A stretch of 64,000 bases of DNA, taken from contig JAAOMT010000226.1 in NCBI GenBank assembly GCA_016748015.1, positions 726,604 to 790,603 on the forward strand, written 5' to 3'. The stretch is from Geosiphon pyriformis uo1. Its lineage: Eukaryota > Fungi > Glomeromycota. The notes beneath the pieces are model-generated. The model made no database searches. It had not been told where the DNA came from and saw only the letters and a list, made by a program, of their open reading frames with translations. A program made the translations under genes and the position numbers. Positions 40,128 to 50,200 of this stretch are shown one piece after another (positions within the stretch are counted from its first letter, which is position 1; each line of letters opens with the position of its first letter).

Positions 40128-41160
40128 CAGGGGGGTATAAAAAGTATTGGACACTTAATATAATATATAAAAAAGGCTATATATAGTAATACCATTATCA
40201 ATTTAAGCCATAATTTTTTTTATAATTACTTATAGTTATAATCTACAAATCAACATAAATCGCGTCCTTGTAAAACACAACAGTGGATCATACGCGTATA
40301 TATAAAATATCAAACATTCTTGTTGTGAAAAAATTTACCGCATCAAATGTGTCTTGGAAAAGAACTTTCTGAATACCAAAAAAGAGGGATTATTTCAGCA
40401 ATAAAGTTAGGACATACAAACAGTGAGATTTCCACGACTATTGGATGTTCACGTTCTTCTGTAATACGTGTATGGAAGTCATACGAACTAAAAAAACTTC
40501 CTAAAAAACGAACGGGCCGACCACAAATTCTTGACAAACGCGCACGTGAACAACTCAAATATTCAATAATGGAGAATAAAGAAACCCGCTGCCAAACTCT
40601 TTCTCAAATACGATTGAATTTTATTAAAGATACCAACAAATCTATTTCTATACAAACTATTCGAATTGGTTTAGCTCAAGAAGGACTTCGCTCGTGCATT
40701 CCTCGTCTCAAGCCATTAATTTCCAAATCAAATAAAGAAAAACATTTACAATGGGCTTGTACTTATGAAAATTGGACAGTAGAANNNNNNNNNNNNNNNN
40801 NNNNCTTACCTCTTCAAATGTTGAATTACTTCCTTGGCCAGCACAAAGTCCTGATATTACTCCAATAGAAAATCTTTGATCATATATTGAAGTTAAAATT
40901 CGTCAATGTAATTCACAACCCTCAAATATTGTACAATTGGAATGGTGGGTTAAGGAAGAATGGGATGCGATACCTGTAAATTACTATCGTAATTTGATCA
41001 AGTCTATGCCATGTCGAGTTCAAGCTATTCTTGAAGCAAATGGGGGTCAAACAAAATACTAACATGTATTTTAATATAATAATAAAAAATTAACGAATTA
41101 TAAGTTAGTTCTTTTATATAACATATTATAAAAGTGTCCAATACTTTTTATACCCCCCTG
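40128..41160 (+). mobile_element. Tc1-like DNA transposon with perfect TIRs (contains an assembly gap)
   Basis: 29-bp perfect TIRs CAGGGGGGTATAAAAAGTATTGGACACTT with TA flanks. Transposase from 40347 (GKELSEYQKRGII...RTGRPQIL...KPLISKSNKEKHLQWA); after the gap, WPAQSPDITPIENL*...EANGGQTKY*. Confidence 0.95.
40785..40804. other. Assembly gap (20 N)
   Basis: N run replacing the central DD part of the Tc1 transposase; true length is probably several hundred bp. Confidence 0.99.
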
Positions 41161-41926
41161 TACATATTGGTTTCTTGCCTGATTATTTCATTTGGAAATA
41201 CTTAGATCACACTGGTATTATTTATGAAATGTTTGTGCCTTTTAAAGGATTATAAGTGTTTTTAAAGTTTTGAGATCACAATTTTCAATGGGTCAAGGTA
41301 ATGTGATTCTCCTGTGTTGGTGTGTATCAAAATTTCTCCTTTTTAAGGTATACTTGCATATTGTTTTATTTGTTTTGTGGAAATTCTGGTTTCATTTCTT
41401 GTATATTGACAGAAATTTTTTTATTTTGTACACATGGAATATAAAAAATGCTCAAGTGATTTGGAAGTTTTTATAAAGAAAACTGTTTTTAATGTTATTT
41501 ATTGGTGATAGTGCAAACTTTTTACAATGCAAAAAATATTTACGCCAAAAAAAGCTGCAGTGATATTTGAAGTGATTTAATACAAAAACTTTAAAAGGAG
41601 AAAGTTCAAAATAGCAATAATTTTTGTAGTTTAGGGAAAATATTATGGGAATTGGTAACAGCAAGAAAATTCATCGAATCCTCTCAAAATTGTTTAATTT
41701 AAAAGTATCTTTATTGATCAGTTTTTTTATTTAATTGATATTAAAAACTTTTATGTAAGCCAGAACTCTCTTTGACTACCAAGTCACTGAAATTATATTC
41801 TCCTGCTTGAGGTAAGAAGCCAAAAAAGGGTAACCAAAATTTATTAATTTCTTAACATTAAAATCAATCAATTCGCTTGAATAAAAATTATAAGAAAAAT
41901 CTCTTCAATATATTAAATTTTAGGCT

Positions 41927-42475
41927 TCATTCCTCTTTTACACCTTCAGCTTTTATCTTTTCAGTACTTTTCTCCGGAGCTTTCTCCATGCGACGAAGCA
42001 AGGTTAACCATCTACCCCTGCATCCTTGTCGATTCCTAGAAGGGAAATACTGGTTGGCAATCTCAGCCCAATTTACGTCTTTTGCAATGGCGTGAAATAG
42101 GATTTTATCTTCTTCTAACGTCCAAGGTGTAGCCTTTGATCGTTCTTTTATAATTTCTAATCCCTTTTTGGGTGATTGATTCTTAGGCTTTCCAATCAGT
42201 TTGCGTGTTTTTTCTTTGGCTAGTCTTTTACGCTTTTTTGTTGGTGACTTTTCAGGCTGATTAAAAAATTATTAATATTTGGAACAGCAAAGGGAACCCT
42301 CAACTTATTTAATATAAAATATTTTTACCTTGTTTACCCAACTATCTGTTTCGTTGCACTTTTCTATCTTAACCTTGCTGGGTGCAGCCTCGTCTGAGCC
42401 ATAGTTTTCAAATTCCTCTTGACTTTCTGCTTTCTCTTCGACTTCAATATTTCGTCCCTCATCGTTGTATGGCAT
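41927..42475 (-). CDS. Small single-repeat Myb/SANT protein, paralogue 1 (2 exons: 42475-42329, 42256-41927)
   Basis: Acidic N-terminus, KKRKR NLS-like segment, TPWTLEEDKILFHAIAKDVNWAEIANQYFPSRNRQGCRGRWLTL. Missed by the ORF track. Confidence 0.85.
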
Positions 42476-43731
42476 TAGATTTCTACGACAATTCCGTAAT
42501 GCTGAAAAAGATATTAGACAGAAAAAATAATTTTTCTAATAATTTTCCTTTTTAATTTTAGTACTAAAGTAGGGTAATTATTTAAACCAAAAACAAAATA
42601 TACTTCCTAATTAAACTTTTTATTTAGCTGACTTTCTTTTAATCGCTCATATCAATCTCTTTGAATAATATTCTGATATTTTGTTGTTTTAGCACTCGAA
42701 ATTATTTTAAAATGGCACTTTTTTATTAAGCAAAATTTTTCTTCGCCATGTTTGATCTATATTTTATAACAGTGAATCCCACTGCGTTAATATTTTGATA
42801 AATTTTATTCTGAAATCAATCAGCCCACGAGATTTTTACATGGGCAACTGTTGATTGCTTTAAAACCTTTAACAAATTAACTCTTTTTTTCTATTTTATC
42901 ACTCTAAGATAAGTTTTAAAAATAATTAGACGAAATTTAGGGGTATGAGATGATAGTTTGTTCATTGAAAATCCCAACCTAAAGTTAAAAGAAACTTTTA
43001 ATTTAACACAACAACAAAATTTTAATTCTTTGTTGTCAATATTTCTTCTTAATAAACCATCTGGTAAAATACAGCCTATTTCGCTGCCTTAATTAAGGAC
43101 TGTAGGAAATTTTTTAACGGCGGTCTTGTTCAGAATTTTAGAAAAGTTCATTATTTCGCTGTTGCTTAGAAAAAAAAATGCGTCCTGATTAGTATACAGT
43201 TAGGCGAAATTCAAATATCAATTATCGATTTTAGAAAAGCTGATTATTTTGTAGAATAATCGTTTTACTAATTATATTTGAGGTCACAATGGACAAGTCT
43301 AGATTTGGTAACAAAAGCCACCCAATTTAATTTCTTGTATTTTCTTCATCGCCACAAAAATTTAGTGGGTAAAATTCTTGATTTGGGCTTGGCGTTAATT
43401 ACTTTTAAAATCATTTTATGGTTAGCACTGCCACAAATTTGGTATTAGAAATGGAGATGGCTATGAAGATTATGGTAGGATTCAATGACGAGCTTTAATA
43501 CAAGATTGGATAAAGCCTGATCATTCAATAAGGATTCTTTGTAAATAACATAAAAGGCATTGTCATAGGTAAGCCTCAATATACATAGCAAAAGTTTCTT
43601 TTAAAAGTGGTATGAGTGAAGCCGTCTTTTCTACTTTTTTTCTATTAACAAACTATTCAAAAATCATAATTCTCTTTCAATTCATCAAGAATTTCCAACA
43701 TTATTCAAAACTTTGATTCATTTTTACAGAA

Positions 43732-44414
43732 ATGGCCTCAAAATTTTTTTCCTTTGCTTTAATAGCTTCAATGATGTTTGCATTATTAGCTATCGTCTCG
43801 GCAGCACCACTTCCTATTAACAAACGGGGCGAAAAAATCTTTGGAAAATATGATCCCAGTGAATGTCACACAGAGGTTGGCAATGTTGGCTGGTAAATAC
43901 AATTTGACGTAGCATCAGCAGTTTTTATACTCATCTTTTCAACTCACTTCTCATATTTTTCTTTCTCCTAATTAGCGGTAACACAGGAACATGGAACGTC
44001 GGCAATGGCAACGGTGGTAGCAGCAATGTAGGCAGTGATAACGGAGCTGGAAACTCGGGTACTAATAATGGAAACCATAATATCGGTAGTGGAAATGGAT
44101 CTTGGAATGGTGTTGGCAGCAAAGATCCAGCCAGTGGATCAAATAACGGAAATTACAATATTGGAAGCTATAACGGTTCATGGAACGGTTCCAACAATGG
44201 TGGGGTTGCAAATGGTAGCAACAATGGTAATTGGAATTTTGGTAGCTGGAACGGTATGTCAAATAAATTCTAATTATTTACATAAGTGATAGCTAACCAT
44301 ATTCAACAAACTCACTAAATTCTATTTTTCTAATCTTTTTTTTTTCTTATACTATTTATTGCCTCTTATTTCACAGGGTCACTCAATGGTAACAACAACA
44401 GGCCCAAGCCTTAA
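43732..44414 (+). CDS. Secreted Asn/Gly-repeat protein, paralogue E (3 exons: 43732-43892, 43976-44253, 44377-44414)
   Basis: MASKFFSFALIASMMFALLAIVSA-APLPINKR-GEKIFGKYDPSECHTEVGNVGC-GNTGTWNVGNGNGG...SKDPASGSNNG...GSWNGSLNGNNNRPKP*. Confidence 0.88.
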
Positions 44415-45489
44415 TGACAAAATCAACAGAATTTTCAATGGTTGAATTTAAAAAATATATAGCGGCAAAACACGAATTATAGAATTTCATGTAGCATATT
44501 TCTAGTGTTCATTTTTAAATTTGTAATTTCACATTTCACAATTGGTATCTTATTAATCCTGTTCAAATAAAATTTTCTGATATTATATCATTCCACATGG
44601 ATTTGACAATGTCTCGAAAAACTTTCATTTCAGCTGTAACCTAATTAATCCAAAAACAACGTCTTAAATTATGGATTACCAAAATTTGTAAAATTCTGAG
44701 TTACCAATCAGCCCCAGAAAGTCCACAAGTAGTTTAAGCCATTATTTTCTGACTTTTATGACCAAATTTTCTTAGTAAATTTTTAAGTTTCATGCTCAAT
44801 AAAAGTAGTAACTAGTTCTATTTTAACTTTATCTCTTTCCATGTAACTGTTCCCGCAATATCCCCTTTTTCCCGAACTAAACTCTCAAGATGCTACCGCC
44901 ACCTTCCGCTACCAAGAAAGCTTGCCTCGATGCCCATATCTTTAGCGTCAAGCAAAATAGGTACTCGGGTGACAAAAAACAGCTTCTCTCTCAATTTCCA
45001 ACCTACAAACATCTTAACGACATCCGTTCAGGTGTCAACTTCAAATAACCGGCAGTCAAGGCCCTATTAGAACGGAGTTGTCTCAGAAGTTGTGATTACC
45101 AATCACGACTGTCTCTCCCACTTTGTCTTCGACCTCCTCTAATATATTTTCTCGCTCTATTTTGTAAAATTTGTGATTTTCTTCGACAGTGAAACCTCTA
45201 ATGAGCACGAACTTTCCCAAGATATTTTTGTTATCAACACTGTCTTTATCTGCAGAAGGCAAGGACGGCAGCAACTAAATACAGAAGAGAGCGCCAGAGC
45301 AAGAAAAAGCGAAATATTAAAAATAATGCGCAGCGATGACAGGAATCGTTTTCATACTTCGTCAAAGGGTGCTTATGCAGATAAATATTTTAATTTCTTA
45401 AAAGAAAATTTCTAGAATTTTATTTTTTATTTTATTTGAGAATAAAATATAAGCCTTTTCACTTTTAAGCTAATCAGAAAAACAATAAG

Positions 45490-45790
45490 TGTCCATGTCC
45501 CCAAAAGTTTATATCTAATGGCAATCTCATATATTCTCAAAAAATCAATGAATGAGAATTTTCCTGGGTCTATGAGATGCAAAAATAAGTCCACGAATCC
45601 CAAGTAGACAGTTCTATCCCATACATTTCTATTGATTCTGGTGTTCGTACACCTTCACTTGGTTAGAATAGACTCTGGTGACATTGAACGAATTGTTTGT
45701 TTGGGCAAGCATATAGATTATCTTATTTCAAAAAAGTTAAGTTTGCTGTTTCTACTTCATAACGTAAGAAAGGCAAGTCTTGGTGTGTTC
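45490..45790 (+). pseudogene. Fanzor/TnpB (IS607-like) relic, RuvC-I region
   Basis: *EFSWVYE...YISIDSGVRTP (RuvC-I DPGVRT motif, Asp codon at 45634-36), then IDSGDIERIVCLGKHIDYLISKK. Frameshifted and truncated. Confidence 0.72.
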
Positions 45791-46196
45791 TAATTCATCC
45801 GTTTCTCCTATGTTGTTGATTAAACAAATGGATGCTAGTTTCCATAGAAATCTCACATGATATCTTAAAGTATTTAATCATACATGAAATTGATGATAAT
45901 ACTTAATATTCTTTCATTTCTTACTTGCATTCAATTGAGACATTAACCTCAAAAAGTGGAGATTTACATTTGTTTACATTTGCAAATCCAAAATTTCATG
46001 ACTAAAATTTTAAGGATCAGTCCATATTGAGAAATCATGACATAATCTATTATCTTAAAAAAGATTTCGCTTAAATAACATTGATCAAGATAAACATTTG
46101 AAACCCTTCGCTAAAGCTTTTTTTATTAGAAAATAAATTCATTAAACCCTATAATTTTGAACTTTCCACAAATGTAATTTGTGTGTTACTCTTGAA

Positions 46197-46787
46197 ATGC
46201 GATCTATCACGATGTTATCTTCTGAAGAAGAGTTTGACGAGCTTTGGGCTGATTACCGTGAAACAGAGCCAAAACGAGAAGCGAAAAGAAATATCAAAGC
46301 GGGATTAAGAATAGTATAGTTTTCTGATTTATATGACCCTTATTTGATTATGAAACATTTACTTTTGATATTCATACCTAATATATCACTTTTACTATTA
46401 ATGAAAAAGCAAAACTCCATTGAAAAAAAGATTAAAGAGTGTGAAAACAAGCAAAACTCAGTTGAAATAAAACTCGAAGATTTCGAGAATCAGCAAATTG
46501 ATAAAGATATTCAACATTCAAAAAAAGGAAAAGAGAAAGGGAAAGGAGGGCAAATCAAAACAGAACTATCACCGAGTTCTAAGGAAGTTAAACCTGAATT
46601 GGTCAAATCAACGGGATCGAGAAAACGATGGACTCCAGATGAAGATAAGCTCCTACTAGAAGCGGTTGCTAAACAAATTAAATTTTCTTTCATTGCCCAG
46701 GAAAAGTTTCCTAATAGAAATCGACAAGGGTGTCGTTCACGCTGGAATATACTTGCCGCAAAAATGAAAAAAGGCTCTACTGAATGA
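46197..46787 (+). CDS. Small single-repeat Myb/SANT protein, paralogue 2 (2 exons, second from 46410)
   Basis: RKRWTPDEDKLLLEAVAKQIKFSFIAQEKFPNRNRQGCRSRWNIL, with a charged N-terminal region. Confidence 0.82.
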
Positions 46788-47299
46788 CAATTGATTACTT
46801 GAGTACGGAAGTCGTTCATTATATTTTTGGAATCCATATATTTTAAGGATCTACACTCGCATCCATTTGCAAGATAAACCGTTTTATCATTGATTAAATC
46901 AGTAAATCAACTTCCCATTTCAATTGCGTAAAATTAGAATTGTTAAAAATTTACTTTTATGATATCAAGGCTTATTTATAAAACTACACACTTTTCCTTT
47001 GTTTTCAAACCTCGTTTCTCATGCTGCTTAAGCAATTTACAGTCTAGCCTAAACTTATAAATCGAAGTGAAACTGAGGTAAATATTATCGTGGCAAAGTT
47101 GACTATTTTTTTCAATTCAAACCATAATCTTTCTCATCATACTCAGGATCCAAAATCGGTTTTTCAATTCGAATGCAATAATTTCCTTTCGACTCTAGAA
47201 GTAAAAGGGGGCAATTCAAAATGTTTTAACCAAATGAATTTTGAAAATTTTGAAATAAGGTCGTAAGAGGGGTATAAAAAATCTTTGAAATTCTATAAA

Positions 47300-50200
47300 A
47301 ACAGCAAATTAACAAGCATTAAGATTATAAAATTAGTATTTTTTAAAAAAATTGCGAATATAATTGTTAAAATATGAATATGTTATTAAGATAAATTAAC
47401 AGAAATTTGGTTAGAAATAAAAATATATAATAATAATAATAATAACATCTTATATGTAACTTGATATTAAATTATATTATAATTAACTAAAAAATAGTTT
47501 CTAGAAATAAAGCTTTTGGTTTGTTTATACATTTTGTATAATTAGTGAGAGTATCAGTAAGTTTTTAAAAGGATTTATTAATATTATATACTAAATTAAA
47601 TAAAAAAAAGAAATCTTTTTCTTTTTCTTACTTTATGACCACAACCAAAGCAAAAAAAGTCTTCTCGATTGTAGAGACAGTTAAACAAAACATCAATACA
47701 GTGTCTCTTTCAAATATTTTTAAAGCAAAGTAATTTTTAACTATTTTAAAAAGATTTTATTTGGTTTTGGCTAGAATTTTATTTGAAATAACACACCAAA
47801 ACTAATTTTATGTTGTTATTACTTTTTTAAAAAGCTCAAAAGTCTTTAATAACAAACCAATAACCAAGTTACTGTTTTTTTTCAATTTTTATTGCTATTC
47901 AAATAATTTAAAAAGCCAAAACAATAAAAATTTAATCTTTTTCTTTCTTACCAATATTGTTACAAACTCTTTTAGTATTTTTACTAGTTTTATTTAACAA
48001 AAAATTTAAAGGTAAAGAAATAGTTTATACTGTTAACAAAAGATAACACAATTATTATAATTATATATCTTATGTTAATACTCTTATAATTTAATGACAG
48101 ATATTGTTTGTATTTTTTAGTAAGTGTTTATTCAATATATTTTACAAAAGCTAACAATATACAAATCAAAAAAAAATAGTAAAAGAATAAAATTGTTGGT
48201 GAAAAATTGTTATATAAACTTAATTAATAAATAAGTTTTGTTTATATATTCTTAAAAAAGAATCAATAATGAAATTAGTGATTATATCAGTAATTATATT
48301 AATAATTAGATTAATGATTAAGTCAATAACTAAGTTAATAATTATGTTAATAATCAAATTATTAATTCTAAAAATAAGATGGTTAATATATAATTAAATA
48401 TAATTAAATTATTAAATAAATTAAAAAATAAAGAATTCAACCATAATACTGATTTTAAACGCAAACATATTATAATATTACCTAATATTATTAATTGGAG
48501 TAATAATATGGGTATTTAATATAGTTTTATTAATGTTAAGTTAGTTACCAAAAACATAATTAAACTTTTTTATATAATGTTTGTATTTAGATTTTCTTAA
48601 ATATTATTTTAAAAATTAAGTTAACTAAATCTTTTTTCTTGAATACTTTTAAGATTATAAAATCTGTTATGATTTCGGTTTTATTTATATTTTTACTGTT
48701 GTTGCTTTTTATAATATTTTTTCTAATAATATTAAGAATACTCTTACAATGTTTGATAAAGTTTTTGCTATTAAATTAAAGTTTATAAGTTTGTAATAAT
48801 ATATTGTTATTTATTTTAAAGCTTTTAAATTTGTTAAAACTGCTTTTGCTTTTTGGTAAAAAAACAGTGGTTGAATTTTTTTTCTAAATCAAAAAAATTA
48901 TTATTATAAAAAATGTTTTTAAAACTAAGTTAGTTAACTTTTTTTGGCTGTATAGTATTTGAAATTAATAATATAATTTTTCAAGTATATGATTAAGCAT
49001 GCTTTAGTTTTTAGTTGTATAACGCCAATTATTATTTTTAAATTTCAAAAAAATTAAACTTAACAATTATCAAATCTGGTATTTTAAAAAAAACAAAATC
49101 TAATAAAAAATTTTAAAGCACTAATACTATTACAAATATCAATGTTTAAATTATTTGGCTTTAAATATAAAGTTGTTTTATTTTATGAGTTTGAATAAGA
49201 ATGTTAAATTAAAATTGGTTTTTTTAAAATCTTGGATGTTAAATCTAACTTATTTATCTGAATTAATGATAAAATTCATTGAAGTTTGGTTTTTAAGTTT
49301 TTTTATTGGCTAGTAAAAACAAATTTAAAATAAATACTAAAAGTAATTTTTTTTTATTTAAAACTAAATTACGACTTTTGCTAACATGTTTTCTAATTTT
49401 GTTAGATGTTTGGCTAAGCTTTAAGTAAAAATTAACTTGCATATTAAAAATAATAATATAGACTGTAATAAATTAATTATTATTATTAAAATATATTTAA
49501 ATGTTTAGTAACATTGTAAAATTTATTTTATTTTAGTATTAAGTCTAATGTAAAGAAAACCAGAGTATAAATAAACGATTTTGTATTAAATAATAAAGAT
49601 TTAAATTATTTTCTATGTAGAATATGTGATCAAAAACTCTTTTTACCCTTTAAAACAGCATAATGTAGTTTTTTATAAGCTCCGTTAAAACCACATAATA
49701 TATGTCCATAGTTAATTTTAGCATTGCAACTTATGTAAATAATAGAAAAATCTTACTTTGTTAAAGTAATAATAAAAAATATAATAATAGAATTTTGAAT
49801 TTTGAAATAATTGTATAAATATATAATTTTAGTAAAATAGATTATAAATTTTGAAATTAATTTCTTTATTTATTTTATATAATTCACAAATGCAGAATTT
49901 ATTGATTGTATAAAACTTTGTATCAAATTAAAAATAATATTTATTTAATAAAGCATGTATTGAGTTGCTATATACAAATTTTGACACGTGTAAAAATTTT
50001 GAACTGTATATTTTAAATGTTATTTGAAAATTTAGTTAATTATTTAATTTATTAATTAATTTGTAAGTCAAAAAAAATTAATATCAAGTATTAGTTAAAC
50101 GAGAGAGATAGACAGGATTAAATTGATAAAATGCTTAATGTATATTTGAAGAAGTCTTTTTGCATATATTTAAAATTGCTAAAATTTATATTAATTCTCT

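Noticed and set aside
32776-44414. Calling the Asn/Gly proteins PPE proteins, InaZ-type ice nucleators or bacterial contamination
   Set aside because: No PPE N-terminal domain and no AGYGSTxTA repeats; spliceosomal introns and eukaryotic signal peptides are present.
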